Shown here in pieces: positions 34,990-48,849 of a stretch of DNA of 64,000 bases (position 1 is its first letter; the number at the start of each line of letters is the position of its first letter). This DNA comes from Macrostomum lignano (taxonomy: Eukaryota): assembly GCA_002269645.1 (NCBI GenBank), contig NIVC01000551.1, forward strand, positions 477,287 to 541,286. Direction: 5' to 3'. The notes under the pieces were generated by a model, which saw only the letters and a list, made by a program, of their open reading frames with translations, did not search any database and was not told the DNA's origin. The position numbers and the translations under genes are program-made.

Positions 34990-35744
34990 TACTTAGTGAC
35001 CCGAAGAGCGACATTCAAGACGATCATTTTATCCAAGATTGTTGCGATGGTTTTCGTTTAAAAGGTGGACCAACATTACTAAAATTTAGTTCTATTTAAA
35101 TTATTGTTAAAATACAAGCATTATATAGCACGTGTATCACACATGTAGCATCGATTGTAGCTTTCTAATAACCATACGACAATTAGATGACATGTTATAT
35201 TCTATATTATTTTGTTTTACAGTGCCAAAATGATAAAATCTTGAATTGTAAAAGTGCCTAAGTAATTTATCTACTATTTTCGTTGAACTAATTTTATAAG
35301 TATTAAATACAAAACAATTTTAGAATTTATTTTCTAAGAGACCTAACATTTATTAATTGATTTTCACTTGAATTTTCTCACTAAGATAAAAAAATAATTC
35401 GGTAAAAGTATTCATAAAACCTTTTACCACTTTAATTCGCTTCAAGCTTAAATAGAGAAGCATTTCTGTTAAGAACAGTGCTAGGTATATTATGTATAGG
35501 CACAAATAAACTAGATTATTTAATAAAATAAGTACTTCCGTTCGTTTTTTGACAAAACAAAACTTTAGTTTCTACGCAAAAATATGATGACTAACAAATT
35601 AACTTAGGACTGCGAAGTAGATTAAGACTAACAACTGGAAACACACCGATTCATTGATGAAAAAGGGCTTAAATATATAAAATATGTAACTAAACAAAAA
35701 TCTCAGAACACTTTATGAAATCATCCAAGAGGATGGCCCAACAG

Positions 35745-36333
35745 CAACTGAGGATCTGGGAGGCTGGCCTAGCAACTGAGGATCTGAGAGGCTGGCCCAG
35801 CAACTGACACTCTGGGAGGCTGGCTCAGCAACGGACACTCTGGGAGGCTGGCCCAGCTACTGAGGATCTGGGAGGCTGGCACAGCAACCGAGGATCTGGG
35901 AGGCCGGCACAGCAACTGAGGATCTGGGAGGCTGGCACAGCAACTGAGGATCTGGGAGGCTGGCTCAGCAACGGACACTCTGGGAGGCTGGCACAGCAAC
36001 TGAGGATCTGGGAGGCTGGCCCAGCAACTGAGGATCTGGGAGGCTGGCCCAGCAACTGAGGATCTGGGAGGCCGGCACAGCAACTGAGGATCTGGGAGGC
36101 TGGCCCAGCAACTGAGGATCTGGGAGGCTGGCACAGCAACTGAGGATCTGGGAGGCCGGCACAGCAACTGAGGATCTGGGAGGCTGGCACAGCAACTGAG
36201 GATCTGGGAGGCTGGCACAGCAACTGAGGATCTGGGAGGCCGGCACAGCAACTGAGGATCTGGGAGGCTGGCACAGCAACCGAGGATCTGGGAGGCCGGC
36301 ACAGCAACTGAGGATCTGGGAGGCTGGCCCAGC
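35745..36333. repeat. 28-bp minisatellite (CAGCAACTGAGGATCTGGGAGGCTGGCA), about 21 copies
   Basis: Period read directly. Confidence 0.95.
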
Positions 36334-36917
36334 AGCTTCGGTAAGCCCAACCTTTGACAAACGCGATGGTCAAGTTACAGTTAAAAGCATAATATGGCCC
36401 CTTGCCGTATGTTTAAATTGCTTTGCAGTTGAAAAAACTCAGTGAAAATGTGTATGCATGTCTGCAATATGGCATATATAATTTAATGGGCATAACTGAG
36501 ATAAGCAATCAAATATCAATGAATCAGAGCATGCACAATGCCAAAATAATTCAATGAACTACAAAAACACAACCTATTATATATTTTCTTTAGTAGTAAA
36601 GCACACAAAAACAGACTAAAGGCAATTAAAAAACTTGCCAATATCATAATATATGAAAATGGAGAAAAATGAAGGGTTAAAAATGCTTTTGAATAATTTT
36701 TATAAGTAATAATGAACAGGATTTTAATGACGAAATAATCGGACTTTCTGTTCCTGATCAAATACTACTTTGGCACCAGCTCTACAGTAGTCACTAACTC
36801 GAGCATTCGAATATTTGGATAAAATTATTTAAAAAACTATAGAAACAGAAGCGGGTTAGAAACTTGAGAGAAAGTATAATTTTACCAGTTTAAACAAAAA
36901 ACTACTCAACGATGTAG

Positions 36918-38593
36918 CTATTCGAAACCCTGCCAGTCGCTGCACTCGCTCTCGTCCTCAGATCGAATCCCGATCGATCGAATACCATTCTTCAATGCCG
37001 GAGTGCCTTTGTGCTTGCCTGATTTAGTTTTTTGTAAGAGGATTAGATGTCATACCTTGCAATTAGCATTCGAAAAAGGATATTTTCAACAAGTATTTTT
37101 TTGCTTTGGTTCATCGTGACGTCACGCAAGTTTAAAACACATTTTTTTTGGCCTGACGAGGAGCCAAACAGGAGTCTGTCTGCGTGACCTGCTACCTTGG
37201 GTTGGTTTTTCACTTCTTCCACATCGAAAGTCAAATATATTAACACGATATTAAATGTGCCAACAACAACCTTACTGATAAGTGTCGCACTGCCTATAGA
37301 CTATCAGGGCATTGTCACCAAGGCCTGTACTACGTTTGCTGCAACCTTGATTGCCTGATGACTGACTTCTTGACTCATGTGTAGGCACTCTTACCATAAC
37401 ATTGCTGTCTAAGCTACACTTAGAGAGTGAGAAATGTGACAGGTATCAGTCGCTATTATTAATTCAGTCAGCATGGAGCGCCTCGTTGCCGCTGAGCTCC
37501 CCGTCTGCAATCTTCAATCTTCAAAATGTTATATTACGAGTACATCATCTGGCCTCTGTCAAGGCTAAGCCGTAATCGTATGGTCTTAGGGAATTCCTAG
37601 ATGCCGTGATTTTGTCAGAAAGTGAAATCCAAGAGTTCAAAATTTCATGGTTTCAATCTTCACCCGCGCTCTTTTAATGTACACTCAGCACCCAGTCAAA
37701 CTCGAAATTTGTCACTATGAATTTCATCAGCCAATAGCTTTAGTACGGGGGTAAATTTCAGAACGCTGACCATAGACACTTGGATCCTTGCTACTCCTTC
37801 ATAAATGGACGGAGCCCCCACCAACTACCATAGACTATTTTTCTATAAATAAACTTCAGAAAGTTCCAGACAGTTAATAGAGTTTTAGCCATAGACAGTT
37901 CTTTGTATCGACCACTTCTACTACGCCTAGCTACCTACCTACTAGAGTTAAGGTGCTAAATAATACAGATACAACTATATAGGAAGTTATGGACACAGCA
38001 GATTTTTAAGACAGATAACATACAGATTATGTAACATATCTAGTTTCCCATATCTGAGACTTAAAAGACCATTGGAGCCTTTATTTTTATGGGTGGGGGC
38101 TAAAGTTAAGATGAATGCAGCCCCAGCCATTCTTCTTATGTAATAAATAAGTAAGACACTGGTAATGAGTGATAGGTTAAACTATTGCTCTCATTCTTTA
38201 CTTCCTCACAATATTACAGTAAAAGCGATACTCACCAAGCACTCTGGCATGAAATTTCACCGCCATACTCTTGCCAGTGTCAGGATTTTCAAGCACAGCC
38301 ACCTCTTGCATAAGTCTCTCTTTATGAGCAAACAACTCAAAGGTGAATGTGTCCAAGTCAGGCTCAGATGAGGCTTGCACATTCAACAGTCGGACAAATA
38401 AATTCTGACTACACTGCACATTTTGGCCAAGGCTGTGGCTGATTGGCACTTCAATGCTATAAATGTGATCAACCTGCAGGAAGCCAAGGTGAACATCCAT
38501 GGCGTCGTGGATGCTGCTTTGCTCAACTATAATCTCCAGATTGTGATGAGGAAGTTGGCTCGGGTCAAAGTGCACATGACTGTCAGCACTCAT
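36918..38593 (-). CDS. ADISSP: UPF0687 / C20orf27 (ADISSP) homolog, 152 aa; exons 38593-38236 and 37018-36918
   Basis: The spliced protein MSADSHVHFD...VHLGFLQVDHIYSI...AHKERLMQE...KFHARVLG|KHKGTPALKNGIRSIG...SECSDWQGFE* reproduces the family motifs SHVHFD, VGFL, AHKE, ARV, GTPML and SDWxGF. The intron is phase 1 and GT-AG. Confidence 0.9.
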
Positions 38594-41500
38594 GGTGAAA
38601 TTTTACTATCTTTTAGCTGCAAACTGTATGGTTGTATACTGCTAACACAATGCAAATTAGTTATAAGTCCAGGAAAATCATAACTATCCTAGTTAACGGT
38701 TTATTTGGTTCAATAAAAACAATAGCATGAATGACACCAGAAATTTTAGCATCTAAAACAGGCAAAATACAACTTATAGTTGCTATAAGACTTAATAATT
38801 AAAACAAATAAGAATAAGACAAAGGTGACAAATCTGATGAGATTTTAAGTTTTTTTGTATTTTTTAATTCTATTTTATGAATTTCATGTGCCTAAGTAAA
38901 ATACACCTTACTTTTGACAATTGGTCAAATAATAAAAAGTTATAAAACTTTTTATCTAAATTTCAACTTTTTGGAACATACTTTGTCCATTACACACATA
39001 TATATGTATATAAATAGAGTAAATTTTCTTTATTTAACCAATGTGCATGCCTAATATAACATTTTAAAGCTTTTTATCCTTTATCTACACTGATAAAAAG
39101 TCTAATTAATATAAGCACAATGGCCAAAATCTTTGTAGCAATACATATAAAAGTTAGCCTTAAGCCTAAAATGTGTAGAGAAGACTATAAAAAACATTTT
39201 AGCCATTATTTATATTATTAATTTTTTTATTTCTATTATCTTGTAATTAAACATAATTTAACCTATTAAAAGTTGCTTTCTAACTAATGACAACAAAGCT
39301 AATATGTTGAAAAAAAGAATAATAATTTTGTTAAAATTTCAAGTATATTTTCTTACTTGTGTTTTCAAATAAAATATGGCATAGTTTATTATTATCCTAA
39401 TGAAAGCCAGATATATATATATATTATGTAAAGTCTTTTTTCTCTATAAATATACTTTTTTATATATATATTAATTATTAGAGTTCCACTGTAGCTATAG
39501 ATACTGCTATGGGAAGTTACGGATATGGAGGTTTTTTGGCAAAGCATATGGATACAGTGGATATGGTTACTAGAACATATATTTCCCATATCTAGTAATA
39601 GCACTCAATTGAGAATTGAAAGACCATTGGAGCTATTGATTTGAAAGGGTTAGGGTAGTAGAAATAAATGAATTTTGCTTGTTTCAAAGTGAAGGAAACT
39701 CATAAGTCCCTGGACTAGAAGTTAGGACTTAAGCATCAACATAGATTGCCAATGCCATGTCCATGTTGTGGTTGGGTGGTAGGGGCTTAAGTTAAGATGA
39801 ATGTTTTTACTTTCAAAGGGTAGCTCTTAAGTCCCTACATGGATTTGGGGACTTAGCAACAAAGTGTTTCAATGCCACATGCACACTATGGTTGGGTAGT
39901 AGCCTAGTAAAGGCCCATAGGCAAGAAGGTGGCAGGTTTATGCCGGAGTGATTTTTGGGATGGATGGCTGATTATATGCCAAAAAATGTAAGTGTACGCC
40001 AAAGTTTTCTTTAAAAGGTCATTAAACTTAGACAAGCTATTTTTAATAAAGTCATTTAACTTGATGATTGTTTCCTAAAAATTCAATGCTTTTCTAACAT
40101 TTTACCAAGTGTTTCCTAACATGTACACAAAATCAAAGAGTTTTGCAGAACAGAAAGCTTGTGTGCATGGTATGCAGTGATAACTAATTACTTAAACTTA
40201 GCTGAATGCACTATATCATACAAAAATGAAAATAAACAAACATTCTTTATTTTAAAATTTTATGTAGTCACTTTTTAAAACAAAAATAAAAACAAATACT
40301 TCATTTATTGTATTATATACTAATTGATTTTTAGTTTAAAAGTTTTGCAATATTAAACTATATGTTTTAAAATAAAAAACAACATTCTTCATTTTTACAC
40401 TTTATTATTCTTACCTTTATGTTAAAATTACATTTGGTAAATATTGTATTCCAGGTAAGTGACAGAAGTAAAAATGTATGCTAGTGTCACCAGTGTATAT
40501 GCAAAGTTTGTCAGCCATAATTTTTTTGTATGCCAGAGTTTACACCAGGCTGAATACAGCATAGCAAATGTATACCCAAAAATTGTTATGTAGGCCTCCT
40601 TCCTGACTATGGGTAAGGGCTATAAAATGAAAGATTTAACTTTCAATGCAAGCCCAGGAGGAGCTCCTAATTTTGTAGACATGGGGACTTAAACAATAGA
40701 GAGTTTTGATACCACATGTACATTAGGATTGGGTGGTGGGGCTAAAGTTAAGATGAATATTTTCACTTTTGAGGGGATTTCTAAATCCCTAGGGTTGGTG
40801 ACTAGGATAGGGTTGGGATGTTAGGGGCTAAATTTAAGATGAATCTTTTCACTTTCAATATGAAGGGAATTCTCAAGTTGCTAGAGTCGGGGACTTAAGC
40901 AACAAAGACAGAAATGTTTGACACTACATGCACATTAAGGTTGGAATAGAGCAATAAAGTTAAGATATGTTATCACTTTCAATACAAATGAGCTCTTGCT
41001 CTTAAGTCCTTGGGATCAAAAAAACATTTTTGACATCATATGCACATTGTCGTTGGGATGGTAGAGGCTTAAGTTAGGATGAATAAAGATGATAGGGAAG
41101 CTGCCTAGCATTTACCACTATCAAAGAAGGCTAGATTGCAAAGGAGGCTTCTTGGAAACCAACTGATGAGTAAGCCATTGCTGTTGCAGATATTGGTAGG
41201 AATTGGAGATTTTGTTACTTTAGTTACTTAAACAATACAAGAAAAGGAGAGAATGAAGAAAAGGAAGAGAGGAGAGATAAAGAAACTAGTGAAAAGGGAA
41301 AAGAAAAGAAAGGAGAGAGGAGAGGGGAGAGGGAAGGAAAGAGGGGAGAGGAGAAGGAGAAAAGGGAATAGAAGAAAGGACATTTGCCTTTGGCCTTGCT
41401 TGGGCAGTCCCTGCAGCTTGATCAAGTGCTCAGCACTTTATATAGGTCTCCAACAAGGCAGCAGGTCTTAAACTGGATGACATGGCTAGCCAGTTGAAAT

Positions 41501-43515
41501 TGTCGCCTGCATAGCAGGTCAGAAGGTTGCATCAGGTGTGCCCTTGTATAGAATGTAACATTGGTCTTGCTGTCTAGATTGCTACATATATGCAACATGG
41601 CTGGATATGCAGCATCTAGCTGCCTCTCTAAGGCATCTATCAAGGTCTAGGTCTTGACATTGTACAACAGTTACAGAAAGTTTTACTAGCTATAGATGTA
41701 GATAGGCTATGGAAAAATACTTGAGATATGACTACAGATAGGATATAGGAAAAATTGGTTATGGCAGAAATCTATAGATTATTTTGCTTTTTATTCTTAA
41801 ATTCAATTGATTACATTTACATTGGAAAGTTCCTGATGCCCCCTTGGCTATACCCCTAGTTAAGAGACCCTTATTTAAGTCCCTAGGCTAATAAAGGCAA
41901 ATATTATTGAATAAATATGTAATTTTTCTTTTAAAATGAAAGCAATGCAACTTATTGAATCAGTTGTAGTTGCAAGTATTGCAAAATTAAATAATGCTAT
42001 TTTTTTAGACCTACTTTTTTAGAAAGTTGCCTAGCTAGGCCTAGTAGTAGTATTATAAAAATGGATACCTAGTAAAATGCAGAATCTATAATAGAATTGG
42101 AATGGAATAGCACAATAAAATGCAGAATCTGTGCATAGTGGAATAATAAATTTTAGAATGACAGATTCCACTAACTTGAAATAAAACATGAAATATAAGA
42201 CAAAAAAATTGTAATTTTTAGAATAGATATATACTAACAGTAATGTGTTTCAATTTGTAACAATTCTTTAGAAAAATGAAAAAACATTTAGCTATAGATA
42301 GATTATAGCAATGCAACCATATTAAAAAGATATATAAAGAAATTTATTGTATGATTCTGCATTTGTATTATGAACTAGAGATGGTTCTGGTTCTGGCATA
42401 TGACTAAGAGTCCAAGATGGCCACACACCAAAATGGCCATAGCTTTAAATGGCTAAATAGATTATAATAAGCTATAGTTATAATTAGTTTATATATTTCA
42501 TTTATATCCTATTGGTAGCAATTTGTATTAGGTATAAACCTTCAAGTCTTATATTATGCGATTTATGGAGATAGTAGATACTATGATGGAACTATATTAT
42601 ATAATAAACATTTCCTTCTGTTTTAGCTTTAATTGTAGCCTGACCTATATATATTATATATAGATCTAGTGCACTTTACTTAAAGTTAGTGGAATCTAAA
42701 GCTCATTCTGTAATTTACCATTCTGTTGCAGAACTTTCTCGAAATTTCTAAAAGTCAAACTTTCATTCTCTTTCTAGAAGCTCCTTTGAGTCAGCAGCTT
42801 ATTCATAACGTACATATTATAAATAGTAAATAATTAATTTATTACATTAAAATAGCATATTCAATATCAGTAAAATTATCTGTAGTTTATCTGCGCTTTG
42901 GATTTGTTATACTGTAAAATACTGTCTAAAACTTGTATACTTGTATATAGATAGTACTTTGTAAGTCTATTTTCTAGAACTTTTCGGATTAGTCAAATTA
43001 TATCTATAATACAGCAGGCGCATCGCATCGCCAATTCTTCTCACTTTCCCCTTTTCTTATTTCCTTCCTATTATTCAAACGAATCACCACCTTGCAATTT
43101 TTTCACTAACCAACATATAACATTACGCTTCTACAGGGCTATTTAGTATTATTAAGACTGCCAACCCTCTACTGAAAACACAGAAAGGCCAAAAAGGTAA
43201 AAAATGCAGTTTTTTAAACCGCGAGGGTTTCGGAAAAACGAAGCCTAAGATTGACTTAAACAAATTCTATAATTTCTATTTCTATTTATGTACTGATCCA
43301 AATGTAAAGAAATTAAGCACTTTTTAAAAAACTTCATTCATGCAATCCACTTACATGTAGTTTGTTACCTTCCTTTAAGCCTTGCACTCTATATAGGTCG
43401 CTTCGACTCTGTTAAGCCCCTAAAATCTGGGATTTGGCAACTTTGGCACTTTGGCAATGGCCAGCAGGTTAGATCAAATTAACTTGTACTAAAGTAATAC
43501 ATGTACAAGTTCATG

Positions 43516-43826
43516 CAGGCACGTCGCCACCGAGGGGGGGGGGAACAGGGGGGACATGTCCCCCCAAAGTAAAAGCTATGAGAGGGGGGACATGCCAATG
43601 CTTTGTCCCCCCACCCTACCTATAGTGACATTGTGTTAATCAATAATTTTTCTTCACGGCGCCAAAATATAGCACCTTCGGCGCCAAAATGAGTGTCTGC
43701 GGCGCCAAAATAAGCGCTGACAACACGATTCTGAAAATATGAAATTTTAGAAAAATTTGTCATGCACATGATAAATTTTTCGCTTTAATTTGTCCCACAA
43801 CCATAAAATCCATGGCGACGCCCCTG
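43516..43826. mobile_element. 311-bp hAT-like MITE
   Basis: Imperfect 14-bp TIRs (CAGGCACGTCGCCA / TGGCGACGCCCCTG), 8-bp flanks AGTTCATG and CGTGCATG (6/8 match), and internal GGCGCCAAAAT subterminal repeats. Confidence 0.7.
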
Positions 43827-45417
43827 CGTGCATGTGTACAAATCTTTCTGGGTCCCGTTTCAGAGGAGGTAAAAATGATTTAAAATGTTAATATAAATCA
43901 ATATTATATACTCGTAGCTTTATTAACTTGGACTGCATTGACGAGAGGAACGCAATAATGCTGATGCATGTATGCATACAGTGTATGTTGTCTTCATGCA
44001 GGTTCAGGGAGATCTCAGGGCGAATGGCGTTATGGTCTGGCAGTCTGCGCGGGACCGAGGGAGGTTGAACTATCACGGGAATTAAAAGTGAGCCGGAGTT
44101 CGCGTGATGTGGAAAACGGGAAATACATTTATGATGTATTTTATGTGCATGTACATGTATTGAGAGTCGCCTAGCTAGCACAAAAGTAGCCTATTACAGC
44201 TTGTCGATCGTGTACTTCTGTGATTGACCATAAAAAAAGGGTTTTGATTAATTGGTTCGACTAATTAATTCCAAGGGTTGCAATCTGAAGAATGTGTCAC
44301 ATGATGTGAGAAAATTAGGCGATAGGAATGAGATAAAAGCGGACACCACCGCCTACTGTGAATGATTTCAAGCAGTATCGCGCGTTGTTGTGATACATGT
44401 ACATGTAGATGAAAAGCAGTGGGGCCGGCCGGGTGGGCAGTCATCTGATTTGGTCATTGATGGAGAATCGAGGAATCTGCATGGATTCCCTTGCAGGGTG
44501 GAGACAAAGTACATGTACATACGGCTTGGACGAAATCATTAGAGCTATGGCCTACCAACCCTATTGGTCTGGCGGCTTTAGCTAGACTACTATATAGGAA
44601 TTGAATTTTCGGAATGTACATTTTGAGAGACCAGAGAAAGCCACACGTACGTAACTACGTATAGTTGTGTCCTGCAAGTCCTGCAAGAGTACGTAGGTAC
44701 ATGTACATAAGTGTACATAGACTGAATGAAAGGAATATGGTGTACATCAGGACAAATAGCAGAAGTTTAGGAATAGTAACTTAAAACTTCAGTCTAATAG
44801 GTTTAGCAGCTGGCATACAACTCACGTAAACCGGAGTAAAATTTCTTGTTCAACACAAAATCGTGACAAAATTCCTCAGAGTAGAATAATAAGCTTCAGC
44901 AGGTAATTCAAAGAGGCCCTGCTCCTAGGCCCAAAATGCTCCTGTAGCTTAGCCATACACACAGCTTGTCATTATGAGTTGCTGCACAAGCTTCAACAAG
45001 AAAAGCTACAGGGAGAACTGAACCTCTCTCAGTCTCCGCTCCATGCTAGCTCGTAACATACGTGTCGCTAGTCCTCGGAAAAAACTGCTGGGGACACGCT
45101 CCGCTGACTTTTGCTGAGTTAAAAACTGTTGAATTGTTCAGATGCGTTGCCTTTGTTAACCATGAGCGCTTAGCTTTGCTATACCTTCATGTATAGCCTG
45201 CCAGGATCATCGCCCTCCCTCCATCTCTCCACAGTCAGCACCTGCTTCCCCCCTACTGTTTGCTGCTAGCTATGGCAACAAAACAAATAGAAGCAAAGGC
45301 AGGCATCCGATGCGCATAAGGCCTGGACCCCCGAGGCGGGAGACGGGCCAGAAGCAGGAGAGAAAAGTTTTGTCACTCAGCAACACAGCAATCGGCAACT
45401 TCAGCAAGCAAAGCCTG

Positions 45418-47538
45418 ATGGGCCTCTCGGTGGCGACCTTAGTACTCCTGACTGCGGCACGGCTGACCGACGCTTCCACAGTCAGGGAGTTCAACTTCAA
45501 CGCGTCTCACCGTCTGCCGTCGGAAATCGGCGGTCCCAACGAGTCCGAGGTCTCAGCCGTGGCGCTGAGTCCGGGCTCCATCAAGCTGGTGGGTCCGGTG
45601 GGGATGAACGCCAGCTGGCTGGGGAGTCTCCAGTGCGCGACCAAGTGCAGAGCGTGGGCTTTCTGCCACGCGTACTACTTCAATGCCAGTGCGGGCCTGT
45701 GCCACCTGGCTGACCAGGGACAGTTCGAGACCTACTGGACTGGCAACGGCACGGCTGGGGAAGCCGCCTTCGTCAAGCTCTACCACGGTGAGTGGGTCTT
45801 CTGTCACTCTGTACCACGGTGAGTGGTTCTTCTGTCACTCTGTACCACGGTGAGTGGGTCTTCTGTCACTCTGTAACACAGTGAGTGGGTCTTCTGTCAC
45901 TCTGTAACACAGTGAGTGGTTCTTCTGTCACTCTGTACCACGGTGAGTGGGTCTTCTGTCACTCTGTACCACGGTGAGTGGGTCTTCTGTTACTACGTAC
46001 CACGGTGAGTGGATCTTCTGTCACTCTGTACCACGGTGAGTGTTTCTTCTGTCACTCTGTAACACGGTGAGTGGGTCTTCTGTCACTCTGTACCACGGTG
46101 AGTGGGTCTTCTGTCACTCTGTACCACGGTGAGTGGTTCTTCGGTCACTCTGTACCACGGTGAGTGTTTCTTCTGTCACTCTATAACACAGTGAGTGGGT
46201 CTTCTGTCACTCTGTACCACGGTGAGTGGGTCTTCTGTCACTCTGTACCACGGTGAGTGGGTCTTCTGTCATTCTGTACCACGGTGAGTGGATCTTCTGT
46301 AACTCTGTAACACGGTGAGTGGGTCTTCTGTCACTCTGTACCACGGTGAGTGGGTCTTCTGTCATTCTGTACCACGGTGAGTGGGTCTTCTGTCACTCTG
46401 TACCACGGTGAGTGGGTCTTCTGTCACTCTGTACCACGGTGAGTGGGTCTTCTGTCACTCTGTACCACGGTGAGTGGGTCTTCTGTCACTCTGTACCACG
46501 GTTGAGTGGGTCTTTAATCGAGCTGTTTCCTGGATACTTTGATTCATGAAAGCACACCGACTTCTCCTGCTCAGACATCTGCACCTGGCAGTCCTGGACC
46601 AACTGGACCACCGCCTCTGGTGCGACCGGAGATTCCGACATCTGCAACGCGCTTGTGAATCGAACCCGCGTCCGCCAGTGCACCTGCCCAACCGATGAAG
46701 GGGCCTCCGTGAGCGGCTGGTGTCAGGGAGCGAAGGACAAAAGCCAGACGCAGGGCAGCTTCATCAGCTGGTGCCAGTGGTCCGAGTGGGCCACCGACTC
46801 GTCCGAAGGCAGCCTGGTCTGTGGGAACTCGAACAGCAGGCACCGGTCCAGGATCTGCCGCTGCCCGATTGACAGGCCGCCTGAGACCATCGAGACGGCC
46901 GCGGTTGATAACATCACCCAGGTAAGCTTTAAGGTGTTGCTGGATTTAATTTTTGTTTAAAAATGCAACAGGGCTACTTTCAGTAGGATAAAGCCAATAT
47001 TTTTAATTGTCCTTATTCCCCGAAGACTTGGAACTGGTGCAACTGGCAAGGCTGGAACGAGTGGACGAGTGACAAAGGCTATAGGAAGTCTTGGTACTAC
47101 GCGAACAACTACGATCCCGGATGCAACAGGCAGTTCACTCGAAGGAGAGTCCGAAAATGCGGCTGCTCCACTCCAATCAGCGCGTCGGCTGGCCCGGAGG
47201 TGAGCAGCGAGTCGGACACTGCCTACACTGCCTGGTGTGACTGGGGCAACTGGGGCAACTGGTACAAGGACTGTAGATATAGTTATAAAATTACGCGAAG
47301 TAGGACTCGCACCTACAACGACTGCATCAGGAGCTCGTCAAACAGCTGTTCACGAGAATGGTGGCAAAGAGAAGCCGGTCCCTCGTGCCGCTGGAGTGAC
47401 TGGAGCAGCTGGCAGTCTTGGCGGCATTGCAATTCCAAGAGAGCCAAATTCAAGACATGCAGATGCGAAGATGATGAAGATTACAATACGGCAGCTGTCA
47501 CTGACTACAGGTGTTATTATTCGTACGGTTTCTGGTAG
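45418..47538 (+). CDS. Secreted PAN/apple-domain plus thrombospondin type-1 repeat protein, copy A (about 409 aa). Exons 45418-45787, 46575-46921, 47026-47538
   Basis: Signal peptide MGLSVATLVLLTAARLTDA, PAN-like CATKCRAWAFCHAYYFNASAGLCHL, and about five TSP1-like units with WxxWxxW and R-x-R-x-R-x-C. Phases 1 and 0 join in frame. Confidence 0.85.
45781..46512. repeat. 31-bp intronic minisatellite spanning the exon/donor junction (GTACCACG|GTGAGTGGGTCTTCTGTCACTCT), about 24 copies
   Basis: Period read directly; the first unit includes the true 5' splice site. Confidence 0.95.
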
Positions 47539-48540
47539 CTTTCGTAAAGCCACATTACATTTTAGTCGCAAAATCGCGTATATAAACTGCAAAATCTAAA
47601 TTGAAAATTTGAAACTCTGACATCTGCAGTAGAATTACTTTTCCCAGTCTATGATAGATCATGCCATAATTATTATTTTAGACAGGGGTCACCAGACTCC
47701 GTCCCACGGGCCACATGCGGCCCCCGAAGCCTCTCTATCCGGCAGTCGGTTACTTTGAAACTTCACAATAGCAATCCGGCCCGCTCAAGGCTTGTTTCTC
47801 TTCTCAGCTCTCCTCTCTCTTCTCTCTCCTCCCCCCTATCCCCTCTCTCTTCTCCTCTCTCCCCTCTCCTCTCTCCCCATCCTCTCTCCCCATTCTTCCT
47901 CCCATCTCTCCTCTTTTCTCTTTTAATCTGCTTTTAATCAGCCCGGAGCTGGATTCTTTATCTGGCCCTTGTGGTAAAAAAGTTTGCCCAACTCGCGACT
48001 GAGATATGTTTAACAACAAGAAAACGCTATTTTTTAATACGGTTACTATTTCACCTTCAACTCTAGACAGTAGTGACTCTACTATTTATAAGAATAGTTA
48101 CCTTTTTGCTTTCAAATATATCGAGACTATCACGAAAAATTGGCTATACGCTCTTACGAGTACACTGTAGTTTGGTTAAACAATTCCTAAAATGTGGCAT
48201 TTCAAACCAAGTTGGAACGAGTTTCCTATAGCTACAGTAGAGACTGCATGCACTAAATAATGAAGTTTAAAAGTAAAGTGGCCACCAGAAGGAAACAAAC
48301 TACAGTTTTCTAGGGGAAATTATTGTCAATGAATTTGGTTACACATTCTCAGGACAAGGCGCGCGCAATGTGTTCCTGGTTCCTTGTAATCCTTGATGTA
48401 AAACCCGTTAATTACCCACAAAGTTTTTACCTTTTATTTAGTACCTTACGTTATAAAGTTATCTTATTTTTACCTTATATTTAGTACTAATATATTTACC
48501 TACGAGCTTTGACAAAACACTTGGCATAATGGGCAGACGT

Positions 48541-48760
48541 GCAACCGACAGCTCAGCCGCAGCTATTGCGCAGCGCATCTGAAGGCTGCGTACGACTGTT
48601 CAGTCCAAGGTCGGGGGGGGGGGGGTCGCCACACACAAACTCAGTTACCCCAGCTAATTCTAGCACCCATTTTACAGCTGGGTGAGCTGAAGCAATGCAT
48701 AGTTAAGTGTCTTGCTCAAGGACACAAATTGTTCCAGTGGGATCGAATCCCCGACCAAGC
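48541..48760 (-). mobile_element. tRNA-derived SINE with CORE (MIR-like) domain
   Basis: CCCATTTTACAGCTGGGTGAGCTGAAGCA...GTTAAGTGTCTTGCTCAAGGACACA...GGGATCGAATCCC parallels the MIR/CORE motif. Related partial copies occur at 56240-56325 and 59741-59820. Confidence 0.6.
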
Positions 48761-48849
48761 AGATGTAGAATAGGGCTTGAAGCTAAACACATTCTATGCA
48801 GTGAATAAATTGCCTAGACAAATCATGCAAATCCTTCAATAAATCATGA

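Larger units (their letters stand above)
44550..48830 (+). repeat. Segmental duplication copy A (direct repeat of about 54010-59880)
   Basis: Colinear matching of the upstream block, three exons, introns, the CT-rich tract and the downstream SINE segment. Confidence 0.9.

Noticed and set aside
35769-36373. Minus-strand ASLPDPQLLCRPP ORFs
   Set aside because: Translation of the 28-bp satellite. The period is not a multiple of 3, and the plus-strand frames hit TGA.
41400-41650. Less AT-rich island with a 73-aa minus ORF, possibly a LINE remnant
   Set aside because: No motif I can assign with confidence.
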